DNA of 64,000 nt from an uncultured virus (IMG/VR IMGVR_UViG_3300037358_000205) (Duplodnaviria > Heunggongvirae > Uroviricota > Caudoviricetes). Below, in pieces: positions 1 through 9,399 of this stretch. Each line of letters starts with the position of its first letter. Position 1 is the first letter of the stretch. The position numbers and the translations under genes are program-made. Where the stretch lies: the IMG/VR virus record IMGVR_UViG_3300037358_000205; one strand, written 5' to 3'. The notes under the pieces were generated by a model. It saw only the letters and a list, made by a program, of their open reading frames with translations. It was not told the origin of the DNA and ran no database searches.

Positions 1-843
1 TTAAGAGCCATTCCTAGCCGGCTCCGGGCCGGCTTCCCCAAACCAATACCGCAACAGTCCATGATTGCGTTCCTGGGATAGAAGCTGAATCAGTTCTGAT
101 TGGCCCCAAAAGACCAATTCAACTCGCGTTCTCCATTTGCTTTCCAAGTTCATCCATTGATTAAACGCAGTTTGTGAACGGTCAAGCGGGACGGCTACAA
201 AGTACCGCTTTAGCAGGGGGTGGGTCTCGCAGGCACGCTCGATTGATTGCTCAACTTCACCCTTCCATTCCTTCTGACGGAGCCGCCGAAAATACTTCGT
301 TTGAAGTCCCGAGAGGCCGCCGCACGATAGAGGGGCGATTGCCTCTACGCCGCCGTCCCCCGCTTGGGCATGAAAACGACAGATAGAAGGCATTCCGTGT
401 TCAATGCGAAATAAGGCAACGCAAAGCTCCTCGAATCCGGCGTGCTGGGTTCCATTGTGGGGGCGGATTTTTTGGAAGTCTATGCTTGGTAGGTCAGCCT
501 CGGGCCGGAACTCCTCCCCCTCAAGCGGTTCCCCGCACACAAGCTGCCTTTTTAATCTTTCTGCGGCTTGAATTTGATCCTCAAGAAATTGAATTTCCTC
601 CCTGAGCCGCGAAGCAACCGGCTCGGTTTTTTTCATAAACGCTTGCAACGCTTGCGCCTCCGTAAACGCCAAGTCCGATTTTTGTAACCTTCGCTTGCCG
701 GGGTTAGCCAACAGCGGTTCGTCCAAGCAATACCAGCCGCGTCTCAGGCAAGTTGCTAACGTCGATTGGATTTCAACTTTGCGGGAAGCATAATTCCAGT
801 ATGCCCCAAAGACCTGGATTTCATCGGGTGGGGTCGTTTTCAC
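1..843 (-). CDS. Mrr-like/PD-(D/E)XK restriction endonuclease-domain protein (domain type often N-terminal to STAND/NACHT NTPases)
   Basis: IDFQKIRPHNG..GFEELC, GDGGVE, GLQTKYF and terminal RYWFG motifs; stop codon at 1-3; lies outside the proposed att. Confidence 0.6.
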   Translation of the reverse strand: MKTTPPDEIQVFGAYWNYASRKVEIQSTLATCLRRGWYCLDEPLLANPGKRRLQKSDLAFTEAQALQAFMKKTEPVASRLREEIQFLEDQIQAAERLKRQLVCGEPLEGEEFRPEADLPSIDFQKIRPHNGTQHAGFEELCVALFRIEHGMPSICRFHAQAGDGGVEAIAPLSCGGLSGLQTKYFRRLRQKEWKGEVEQSIERACETHPLLKRYFVAVPLDRSQTAFNQWMNLESKWRTRVELVFWGQSELIQLLSQERNHGLLRYWFGEAGPEPARNGS

Positions 844-1077
844 GCCTGGAAGCGACTATAGGTTTTCGGTTGATAATCGTCAACGGTCCCGAGGGGTATC
901 GGTAGGGGTGGCCCCCATGGGAGCCCTAGAAGGTCAGAGCAGGGGAACCCGCATCGCACCGGGCTTTCTCTCAACCGGCAACGCGGCCCCGAGGATTCGC
1001 TGGACTGGCTACGCTTAATGCCATACGGGTAATGCCATGCAAAACACAAATCATCGTAAGTCGTTCAGCGCGAGGAG

Positions 1078-1119
1078 TGCGCGATACAGGGTTCGAACCT
1101 GTGACCCCCACCGTGTCAA
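1078..1119 (-). other. 3' half of tRNA-Val(GAC), probable prophage attachment site
   Basis: Minus strand TTGACAC-GGTGG-GGGTC-ACAGG-TTCGAAC-CCTGT-ATCGCGCA gives anticodon loop, T arm and 3' acceptor strand; no 5' acceptor strand upstream. Confidence 0.75.
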
Positions 1120-1218
1120 AATGGGGGCCTGCTCTCGTAGGTAACATTTCGGCGGTAACTTCCTCATTCCGTGCTGTTACCAAACTTTCGGCTACTGTGC
1201 GCTATGGTGGCCTAAAAA

Positions 1219-1290
1219 TGCGCGGTGCAGGTTTCGAACCTGCGACCTCCTGCGTGTCAGGCAGGCGCTCTACCCCTGAGCTAACCGCGC
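1219..1290 (-). tRNA. tRNA-Val(GAC), complete, no encoded CCA
   Basis: GCGCGGT TAGCTCAGGGGTAGAGC G CCTGC CT-GAC-AC GCAGG AGGTC GCAGG TTCGAAA CCTGC ACCGCGC A folds into a full cloverleaf. Confidence 0.95.
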
Positions 1291-1306
1291 TTGAGAATGG
1301 GGGATT

Positions 1307-2161
1307 ATGGGCCTGAAAGATTACGTGTCAATCCCCCTCAATTTCGAGCGGAGGCCAGAGGTTCGGATGCTGGCGCGGCGGCTCGGAAACGGGGAGGGTA
1401 ATGACCCCCATCCGCACTTCATGTCGGGGGCCTCTCAATGCGTTGCGCTGGCACTCGGAATCTGGATGGAGTTCGCCATCGCCGGGACGCGGTGGCGACC
1501 CTTGACGATGCCGATGGTGGACGGGCACGCCGGGGCCGCATCGGAGCATCCTTGGGACCGCGAAGAGGTTACTTTTTTGATCGAGGGGGCGGCGGGCTGG
1601 GATGGCAAGCCGGGGGCGCTGATTCAATCGGCGCTGGACGCCGGGATACTGGCCGTCGAGTACCACGGCGATGTCGCGGGGTTGACGATTTGTGGCGTGT
1701 TCGGGTTTGGGGATTTGAATGCCCACTTGCTCCCCGGGTACGAGTCGATGCAGCAAAAGGGAGCGAAGGCATCGCAAGAGTCGCGGCGGCGGAAAGACGA
1801 CGTGGCGGGAGCGAAGCAGCAACGCCGGATACTGGAGGCCCGCGAGGAGCGGCTCCCGATCTTCGAGAGCCAGGCGGCGACCACGGCAGAGGTTGACGCG
1901 GCCCTCGCCCTTATCTCCGGGGTGGACCGCGCTTGCGGCCACGCCGCGAGGCTCGCCGGGGAGTTCACGCAAATGCTCGTCGAGGCGGCGGTGGAGGTTA
2001 CGCGGAATTTCCAAACCCGAGAAATCGAGGAGGCGATGAACTGCCTTATTAGAGGGCGCGACAATCCGGCGATTGTGAAGCGCACGGATTTCGTGCTCAC
2101 CCATTTTGCGGAGTACGTGACCTTTCGGCGTGCCCCGAGTTGTGACAAAATAGCAACATGA
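1307..2161 (+). CDS. Phage protein, possibly a replication initiator (wHTH-type N-terminus)
   Basis: N-terminal RPEVRMLARRLG...LGIW pattern resembles phage replisome organisers; function inferred. Confidence 0.4.
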   Translation: MGLKDYVSIPLNFERRPEVRMLARRLGNGEGNDPHPHFMSGASQCVALALGIWMEFAIAGTRWRPLTMPMVDGHAGAASEHPWDREEVTFLIEGAAGWDGKPGALIQSALDAGILAVEYHGDVAGLTICGVFGFGDLNAHLLPGYESMQQKGAKASQESRRRKDDVAGAKQQRRILEAREERLPIFESQAATTAEVDAALALISGVDRACGHAARLAGEFTQMLVEAAVEVTRNFQTREIEEAMNCLIRGRDNPAIVKRTDFVLTHFAEYVTFRRAPSCDKIAT

Positions 2162-2167
2162 CCAAAA

Positions 2168-2183
2168 TGTTCCACGTGGATCA
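2168..2183. promoter_or_regulatory. parS: Canonical-type chromosomal parS site
   Basis: TGTTCCACGTGGATCA, 1 mismatch from TGTTCCACGTGGAACA; intergenic. Confidence 0.55.
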
Positions 2184-2202
2184 TCGTTAGACCTGCAACA
2201 TT

Positions 2203-2658
2203 ATGAAACGCTGTGAATATAAAATCCCCGGTGGTGCCCGCTGTAGCGACCGCAAGGGCCATCGAGGTCCCCATCGCGTGAAGGTGGCGTTTGAGACGAT
2301 TTGCAACTTCCACCTTCGAAACGTGGCGCGGATGAAGGATGGATGGAGCGTCATTATCGAGGTCCAAGGCCAAGAGAATGTCGGGCCGTGCTTCCTGCCG
2401 GATGAGGCATTGGAGCGGCTTGCCGAATTTCGGGTTTGGTGCATTCGGGTGGGAGGGTGTGCCATCTGGAAGGGTGGAGAGAGCGACCTGAGAACGCTTA
2501 CCGCCGCATTGAAGCGCGCGGCTCCCCTGCGCAACATTGACTGGCGGGCGACGTGCCGGGAGACGGTGACGGCGATGCGTGCCGCCTACGCAAGCGGGAG
2601 GGGCATTAACCTTTCCCGCGAACAACTGCACTCGATCCTTTGCGGGTACGCTTTATGA
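2203..2658 (+). CDS. Hypothetical phage protein
   Basis: 151-aa ORF whose stop overlaps the next start (ATGA). Confidence 0.6.
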   Translation: MKRCEYKIPGGARCSDRKGHRGPHRVKVAFETICNFHLRNVARMKDGWSVIIEVQGQENVGPCFLPDEALERLAEFRVWCIRVGGCAIWKGGESDLRTLTAALKRAAPLRNIDWRATCRETVTAMRAAYASGRGINLSREQLHSILCGYAL

Positions 2659-3737
2659 GGCACTCCATTCAATCGCTCATGAAGCAGTTTGGCGCGAACA
2701 CCGTGGGGGGGCCGGGAGCCGTGCGCGCGCTGATTCATTGTCAGATTGTCGCGATGGAGCGGCGGATGGCGCAAAACTCAAAACCGTTCTTCGACATCCA
2801 GGTGTCGGACGGCGGCGGCGTTATCAAGCTCAAGGTGTGGAGCAATGCAGCGGCCTTCCCGCAATGCGAGACGTTGACGGCGAATGGCGCATCGGGGGTT
2901 GGCGTGTTCGTGGAACTGGATGGCGGCTTCAAGAATGGCGACTTCGGGGTGGAGTCGAATGACTTTCGGATTCTCCTGCTTACTGACGCCCAGGTGGAGG
3001 CATTGCTCGAAGGGACACCGGAGCAAATCGGGAACATCGCGGGGAAATGGTTAAAGATCGTTTCCATGGTGGACTCGATGGAGTGCCCGGTGATGAAGGA
3101 GCTTTGTAAGCGGTTCCTCGCCAAGTATGAGGAGCCCTTCAAGCGGGCGGGTGCGGCTCGCGGGAATCATCATGCGCGGCGGGGTGGGCTTGTGGAGCAC
3201 ACGGCCACCATGTTGGGGGCGGTGGATAGCGTCTGCTTCAATTACCGCCTGATGCGCCCCGAGATTACGCTCAATCGGTCGCTTCTTCTGGCCGGGACGC
3301 TCCTGCACGATTGCGGGAAGATGGTTGAGAACCAATTCGAGAAGCGGGGCTTTGAAATGCCCTTCTCCACGCGGGCGGAACTGTACGGGCATATCGGCAT
3401 CGGGGTGGAGATCGTCAAGGGGCTGGCGCGGGCAAGCTGCGCGGAGGGGGCTGCTAACCCCACGGAAGCGCTCGTTGTGGACGCGGCGAGGTTTGAGTAC
3501 GCGGTCGATTGCCTGTGTCACATGATCCTCGCCCATCATGGGCAATTGGATTTCGGCTCGCCTGTTGAGCCGAAGTTTCCCGAGGTCGCGATCCTGCACT
3601 ACAGCGACCAAATCGACGCGAAGTTGGAAATGATGCAGACCGCCTACATGAGCGCGAAAGAGATAGCGCCAGGAGTCTTTGAACGCGCGTGGCCCATGAA
3701 GGTGAATCTCGTTCGCGCGGCCAAGGAGGGTTTCTGA
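2655..3737 (+). CDS. yhaM: YhaM/Cbf1-family 3'-5' exonuclease (OB fold + HD domain)
   Basis: HHARRGGLVEHT, LLHDCGK, ILAHHG..FGSPVEP..PEVAILHYSDQIDAK motifs; N-terminal OB-like segment. Confidence 0.85.
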   Translation: MRHSIQSLMKQFGANTVGGPGAVRALIHCQIVAMERRMAQNSKPFFDIQVSDGGGVIKLKVWSNAAAFPQCETLTANGASGVGVFVELDGGFKNGDFGVESNDFRILLLTDAQVEALLEGTPEQIGNIAGKWLKIVSMVDSMECPVMKELCKRFLAKYEEPFKRAGAARGNHHARRGGLVEHTATMLGAVDSVCFNYRLMRPEITLNRSLLLAGTLLHDCGKMVENQFEKRGFEMPFSTRAELYGHIGIGVEIVKGLARASCAEGAANPTEALVVDAARFEYAVDCLCHMILAHHGQLDFGSPVEPKFPEVAILHYSDQIDAKLEMMQTAYMSAKEIAPGVFERAWPMKVNLVRAAKEGF

Positions 3738-3984
3738 ACGCGAACACGATCCTCTCTCGCGGCGTCATTTACCGACTTATCTTCGCGCCGGGTATTCCGC
3801 CCCGCAAAGAATGGCTCACTCGCAGCGAGGCTCTCTTTGCGCCCCTTGAATGGGATTGGAGCAAGCTCTTTGCCGAAGCCTATATCTTCCCCCGCTACGA
3901 GGACGCTGTAGAGATGGTTTCCTCCCATGAGGGCGATGGCGGTCAAATCCGGATGGTCCCGATGGTTCACAAGGAGGAAGCTCC

Positions 3985-4269
3985 ATGATTCCGCAACGCT
4001 TCCCCGAGGCAAATACCGTGATGGTGCGCCCTCAAGGGTGGACGGAAGAGGAATGCTCGGACATTCACGCCTTCGTGGGGGACGGTTGGGTGATTACGGC
4101 GTGGCGTCCGACTCCAGCGGAGTTGATGAAGCTGAATCTTGGCGAGCCGGTTTACCTGATGTTGAAGGGGGGGACGATGCAACCCGCGTGTGTCACCGCG
4201 GATTCGCCTTTCGTGCCTGATCCAGTTCAAGACCGCCAGCTTGATGAACTTCAAGACAGCCACCTTTAG
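3985..4269 (+). CDS. Hypothetical phage protein
   Basis: 94-aa ORF with AAGGAGG RBS upstream. Confidence 0.65.
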   Translation: MIPQRFPEANTVMVRPQGWTEEECSDIHAFVGDGWVITAWRPTPAELMKLNLGEPVYLMLKGGTMQPACVTADSPFVPDPVQDRQLDELQDSHL

Positions 4270-4483
4270 GGCCGCGCTTGCGGAACGCGGGATGACCGTG
4301 GCGCGGCTTGCCAAGGCCGTGCAGATCAATCCCCGGCAATTGCTGCATGTGCTGAACGAGCATCGGAAGGGGAGGCTTACATGGCGGCGGATCGAGAACG
4401 CGATTGATGCCAGGGAGCGGGAGTTGCTTGTGGAATTATACGGGCCTGTGTTTGGCGAGGAACCTGCGGAGGCAATTTTATGA
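4244..4483 (+). CDS. XRE/Cro-like helix-turn-helix protein
   Basis: AALAERGMTVARLAKAVQINPRQLLHVLN HTH pattern; stop overlaps next start. Confidence 0.65.
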   Translation: MNFKTATFRAALAERGMTVARLAKAVQINPRQLLHVLNEHRKGRLTWRRIENAIDARERELLVELYGPVFGEEPAEAIL

Positions 4484-5856
4484 GTGACGAATTCTTTGTT
4501 CCCGAAGCTCCAATGGAGGATGAACCCGAGAGCAAGCCCAAGCGGGGCAGGAAGAGACGCGAGGAGCTTGTCACGCCGCTTCCCCCGCCCGCGCCAGTAG
4601 AGGAGCCCGCGCCCGCGCCCGTGGCGCCTGCACCCGTGCCGAAAGCCGTAGTGAGGGGAATCTTCACCGAATATGACGCGCCGGACGGTTCGCGCTGGCG
4701 CTGTGACAACCCGGACAGGATGCGGGAGGATTTTGGGATTTACGGGGATGACCTGACGCGCTGGCACGCGGATGTGGCGACGGTGCAGGAAGTGTGGACG
4801 ATCCTTCGGCGCGTGTACCGTCTCGCGCCTCTCATGGGGTCTTCGCATGAGGAATTGCGGGAGTGGACCATCGAAGAGATTGCGAAGGAATCGGCTGTGC
4901 CGGTGAAGCGGATCGAGACGTTGATCGAGGAAACGAAAGTGTTTTGGGACAGGAAGAACACAGAGCGGAGCTTCGTCGATCGGGCGGCGTCGTCGGGAGA
5001 TTTGAAGCGGATGGACGATGACCAGATTGAAAAGTTACTTTTGCTTCATGGCTTCGTGACGGTTGGCGGATCTGCGGCCGTACCGACTTATGAGCGGCGT
5101 TACCTCGCGTCCCGAATCGTGGACTTTCAGCACTTGCTCGAAGACGAGCAGGGCGCGCAGTTGGCGCGAAACGCGTTGATGACGGAGTTGATTCTTCGCA
5201 AATACGACCGCGAAATTTTGGAGAAGATGGCTGACACGCGCAACCTCTCCTCGACTGAGTTTCAAAAGCTGGTGGACGCCCGCGCGGAGCAACAGAAGGC
5301 GTATGAGGAGACGTTGAAGCACCTGGGCGCGACCCACGCGCAGAACCCCGGCTTTCGCGCGAAGATGGCGTTTGGGGATTCGGTGGGGCACATGGTCAAG
5401 GCGTATCAGGAGTTCTACCGGGACGGGAGCCAGGTGTTGGTGGACGGGATGTTCACGGAGGCGGAAGTGAAGCTGTTGATGACGCCCACGACATTGAGGC
5501 CGGCGCAATACCGGCCTGATTTGCCGCTCATGGTCGAGGAGTGGAGGCGAAACTTTTGGGATGCCAGCTATGACGCAAGGGGCGCGGCACTCCCTCGCGC
5601 GGCCCACCGGGTATTGCTGGCGGCGTTCCAGAGCGCGTCGGTGGATTTTGTCGGCGGCAAGATCGTCGATATGGAAGGGGAATTGGGCGAGGATGAGGCG
5701 GATGCGGCGTTGGAGCAGGCTGAGGTAGCGGAACCGGAGCGTGCGGCCCATGATGAATTTGGGACGGACATCGAGGGCGATGCGTCCATGCCGATGCCGG
5801 AGGGAGGCGCAAGGATGCCGCGAGGAGGAGGAGATTTGGGGGTGTTCGGCGTATGA
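4480..5856 (+). CDS. Phage protein (candidate terminase small subunit-like, HTH + coiled coil)
   Basis: 458-aa ORF with WTIEEIAKESAVPVKRIE HTH-like segment; last backbone gene before terL once the cargo gene is removed; function inferred. Confidence 0.45.
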   Translation: MSDEFFVPEAPMEDEPESKPKRGRKRREELVTPLPPPAPVEEPAPAPVAPAPVPKAVVRGIFTEYDAPDGSRWRCDNPDRMREDFGIYGDDLTRWHADVATVQEVWTILRRVYRLAPLMGSSHEELREWTIEEIAKESAVPVKRIETLIEETKVFWDRKNTERSFVDRAASSGDLKRMDDDQIEKLLLLHGFVTVGGSAAVPTYERRYLASRIVDFQHLLEDEQGAQLARNALMTELILRKYDREILEKMADTRNLSSTEFQKLVDARAEQQKAYEETLKHLGATHAQNPGFRAKMAFGDSVGHMVKAYQEFYRDGSQVLVDGMFTEAEVKLLMTPTTLRPAQYRPDLPLMVEEWRRNFWDASYDARGAALPRAAHRVLLAAFQSASVDFVGGKIVDMEGELGEDEADAALEQAEVAEPERAAHDEFGTDIEGDASMPMPEGGARMPRGGGDLGVFGV

Positions 5857-6072
5857 TGGTGCTTACCTTCAAAGCCTCACGCCAGTTTGCACCCTCGCCA
5901 TACTGGCGAATCTCCGTCCGTCCCGGCCCGATCCGCCGCGTCACAACGCCCACGCAACAAGGGCGCGATCCCATGGTTCACGAGGGATCGGAATTTTCCT
6001 CCCGAACGCTCAATTTCAGATTTGATGCTTTGCCCAAGCCTCCATAAAGTCGGCAATCAAGAGGATTTTTTC

Positions 6073-9000
6073 ATGGCGTTTAAAGCATTTCTTCCGGCCC
6101 GCTTTGCTCACTCTCACGAGACGGTCATGTTTGACTGCCTCGCGGAACTGCTTCGCGGCAAATTCGAGCCTTCCCAAAAGCCACATTACTTGATTGGAAA
6201 CTGCTGTTTCGGTGGTCGCGAACTCGATGCTGTTTTCCTGAAAGAGAATGCGGTCACCGTCATCGAGCTGAAGAATTATGGTGGCCGAATTCACTTCTCC
6301 GAAAACGGCGACTGGACGGCGGATGGCCAGGTGGTGCGCGGTGGAAATCAGGAAAATCCGTTTCGGCAGGTGCGGGCGAACAAATTCGCGTTGCTAGATT
6401 TTCTACGGGAACGGGAAGCGAGATTCTGCGAGGGGGTCTTGCGTCCGGAATGGGGGCATATTTCCGGAGCGGTGGTCTTCGGGCAGCCAATCTCTTTTGA
6501 TGAGAGAATGCCGGTATCGATCGGCCCGTGGTTTCACATCTGCGACTTACAAAGTGCCGCTGTAAAGCTGGACAATGTACGAAGTCCGCAGATCACTCTC
6601 GGGGATGACGAATTGACGCGACTTTTGGACGTTCTGGAACTGGGGACGAGCCACGTTTACGGCGCAAGCGATCTGAGCAGGGAGGGAGGCGCTTCTCCAT
6701 CTTTTGCGCTAAGGATTATTCATCACAAGCAGTCAGAATTCCGATCCGCCTTTCTCAAGATGCAGAATGGCGGGGCTGCGCGGACGGCCGCCGCCGTGCG
6801 CCTGCTGGAAATGATCCGGCAGGCAAGCTCCGGAATCGACGTTTTTTCTGAAATGCCCGCTGAGAGCGACGCACGCGTTGAAAATTGCCTGATTTATCGA
6901 ATGAACGTCGCGGCTAAACTGGTGACGGTTCGGCACGGCAACACTCTACGTCTCTGCTTTTTTGGCGATGGTCTAGATGTGGAACATTGGCTCGCGGCGA
7001 ATGCCGGTTTGACCTTTTCGGTCTCGGGGACTGACGCAAAGATCGAGCCCACGATTGTTAACAGTACTGCGCCGTTGCCTCCGGCGACAACGACCAGTGA
7101 GAACATTCCTTATCTTCAGCGGGTGGAGGGCCTGGACATGGACGATCTTGTTCCGACCACGTTTATTCGGAAGAGCCTGCTTCGTCTCAACGAGAACTCT
7201 TCGGAGGCGGAAATCGATGAGGTGCTCGAAGCCGTGGCCGGGGACGATCTTCGGTCATTCCTGAAGGATGTGCTACGGTTGACCGTGGCTGGGGATATTG
7301 CCGGCGCGAATGCGCGAATTGCACTGAGGCAGGGCGAGGCATGCCCCGTGGTGGATGCACCGGCGCTAGCCGATGATGCTATTTCCAGCGGCGCAAACTC
7401 AGAGGAGATCGTTATCCTCAACGAAATCGACCCGGGAGAATTGGACCGGTTACTTGACCCCAAGCGCTTCCAGGATTGGATGCTATTCTTGCATCCAGAG
7501 CAGAAGAAGGTCGTGGAGGCTAATTACGAGCGTCCGGTCGTACTCACAGGCGTGTCAGGCAGTGGCAAAACCTGCATCCTTGTCCATCGTGCGCGGTACC
7601 TGGCCCGCAAATACCCCGGCGAGCGCATCGGTGTATTGACCTTGAATCGGTCTCTTGCTGTCCTTCTGAAGAACCTCGTACGGGAACTCTGCCTCGATGG
7701 CGAAGATGCGAGCATAGAGGTGATGGCATTTTATGATTATTTTAGCGATCTTCTCCATGAAATCGGACCAAACGCATATTTGGACCAGTTGTCGGCTCTC
7801 ATCCCAGAAGGGGCCGCCATGAGGAGCGTCATCGCACATGTAAATCGTCATAATCTTGCGCGGGAATTCGACCCTCGGAGTGGCGAAAGCATCGAGGACT
7901 GGGACGACTTCTATGATCAGCAGCATCCGGACTTCAATAATCGGCTGAAGGATGTCGTGAAACATCTTGAAGATTACCGGATTGATACCTCAAGATACCT
8001 GCGTGAAGAGTTCACACTTTTACGAAGCGCATTTACAGTTGCCGAACGGGATCCTGGTTATCTCAGCTTCAACCGAACTGGTCGAGCAATCCCGTTGGGA
8101 GATGAGTTGCGAAATGATATTCTTCGGCTGTTGCTCTACTACGAAGAGTGGATGTTGCATGGTGAACTACTGGACGTACAGGAGTTGACCCAGGCTACCT
8201 TGCCTCTATGGCGGGAGATAAGGGATTTGCCCGCGGAGAAACGATTTCGTTGCTTATTGGTGGATGAGTTCCAGGATTTTTCGACACAGGACCTGCGATT
8301 GCTAATGTGGGTGCCCCCTCGCGACAAGGAAAACGCTCTGTTCCTGGCTGGTGACACTGTCCAGAAGATCATGGTAAAGCGGCTGAGTTTGACAGATGCG
8401 AGCCTGCAAAGGGGAAGCGCTACGCATATACAAATAAGGAAAAACTATCGTAATAGCCGACAAATATTGAGAGCGGCGAGCCAACTGGCCAACGAATACG
8501 GTCGCCAGGCGGCGGCTCAAGGAGAAGAAGTTGAGTTTCTAGATCCGGAATTGGCAGCGCGGAATACAACTGCTCCCATCGCCTTTAGAACAAGTAATCC
8601 TATTCGGAAAGCTTGGGAACTGGCGCTGGAATGTTTCGAAAGTAAATATACTGAAGCATGGACTATTTGCCTGGCAAGTGCAGCGCCCGGGGGAGTTGGC
8701 GTCGCCGATATCCTTGCGCAAAAGCCAGCGGGGATTAAAGCCAAGGCGCTATCAGGTGACTGTATTAACGAGCCGGATACGATGGTCGTGGGTGGAATTC
8801 ATGATTTGAAGGGGTTTGAGTTTAACGTCGTGATCATACTGGGCTGCGACAATAGCAGTTTTCCGGGACCGGGAGTGCCTAAGGACGAGCGTTGGCGAGA
8901 TGCGCTTAGATTGTACGTTGCCATGACCCGGGCTCGGGATCAGGTGTTTCTGTTCTACTCCGAAGAACCTTCGGAATTTCTTCTTCGGATGAAACAGGAA

Positions 9001-9366
9001 ATACTTTGGCAAGAGGGCGAACTGAGCCTTGATTATGAGATTGATCCGCAAGGAGAAGGAAAGAGAAATGCTATCAGCTTGTCTGAGGAGGCGAAGAGGA
9101 AAATCGAGAGGTTATGCGATGTACCTCCGGACACACTCTGCGAATCGTGGTTTGAAGAACGCGAGTTGGATACTCTCAAACGGTACTTCGCTACCTTTGT
9201 CTATGGGAAGCGTGTGCCGGATACCGTTACGTTTAAGGAATGGCTTACACCTGCCGGTCTAGAGCGTGTCGAAATGAGGGAGCTATTGAGGCTCAGAAAT
9301 GTTGGGCGATCTAGTGTGAATCGGTTGACCGAGGCTCTGGAAAAATATGGACTTAGACTGCGATGA
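6073..9366 (+). CDS. NERD nuclease + RelE-like domain + UvrD/SF1 helicase + C-terminal RNAP alpha-CTD-like domain; probable defence cargo
   Basis: ELDAVFL..VIELKN..NPFRQ (NERD); FLHPEQ, GVSGSGKT, LVDEFQD, NYRNS, KGFEF, LYVAMTRAR (SF1); ELLRLRNVGRSS..L.KYGL at C-terminus; GAGGA RBS before ATG 6073; more AT-rich than flanks. Confidence 0.85.
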   Translation: MAFKAFLPARFAHSHETVMFDCLAELLRGKFEPSQKPHYLIGNCCFGGRELDAVFLKENAVTVIELKNYGGRIHFSENGDWTADGQVVRGGNQENPFRQVRANKFALLDFLREREARFCEGVLRPEWGHISGAVVFGQPISFDERMPVSIGPWFHICDLQSAAVKLDNVRSPQITLGDDELTRLLDVLELGTSHVYGASDLSREGGASPSFALRIIHHKQSEFRSAFLKMQNGGAARTAAAVRLLEMIRQASSGIDVFSEMPAESDARVENCLIYRMNVAAKLVTVRHGNTLRLCFFGDGLDVEHWLAANAGLTFSVSGTDAKIEPTIVNSTAPLPPATTTSENIPYLQRVEGLDMDDLVPTTFIRKSLLRLNENSSEAEIDEVLEAVAGDDLRSFLKDVLRLTVAGDIAGANARIALRQGEACPVVDAPALADDAISSGANSEEIVILNEIDPGELDRLLDPKRFQDWMLFLHPEQKKVVEANYERPVVLTGVSGSGKTCILVHRARYLARKYPGERIGVLTLNRSLAVLLKNLVRELCLDGEDASIEVMAFYDYFSDLLHEIGPNAYLDQLSALIPEGAAMRSVIAHVNRHNLAREFDPRSGESIEDWDDFYDQQHPDFNNRLKDVVKHLEDYRIDTSRYLREEFTLLRSAFTVAERDPGYLSFNRTGRAIPLGDELRNDILRLLLYYEEWMLHGELLDVQELTQATLPLWREIRDLPAEKRFRCLLVDEFQDFSTQDLRLLMWVPPRDKENALFLAGDTVQKIMVKRLSLTDASLQRGSATHIQIRKNYRNSRQILRAASQLANEYGRQAAAQGEEVEFLDPELAARNTTAPIAFRTSNPIRKAWELALECFESKYTEAWTICLASAAPGGVGVADILAQKPAGIKAKALSGDCINEPDTMVVGGIHDLKGFEFNVVIILGCDNSSFPGPGVPKDERWRDALRLYVAMTRARDQVFLFYSEEPSEFLLRMKQEILWQEGELSLDYEIDPQGEGKRNAISLSEEAKRKIERLCDVPPDTLCESWFEERELDTLKRYFATFVYGKRVPDTVTFKEWLTPAGLERVEMRELLRLRNVGRSSVNRLTEALEKYGLRLR

Positions 9367-9399
9367 ACATAAGTGCTTTACGCGTAAAGCAATCGTCGC

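Noticed and set aside
1078..1150. Second complete tRNA
   Set aside because: No 5' acceptor strand or proper D arm; better explained as an att remnant
5887..6072. Upstream extension of the helicase ORF from 5887
   Set aside because: ATG 6073 has a GAGGA RBS and begins the NERD domain; the extension looks non-coding
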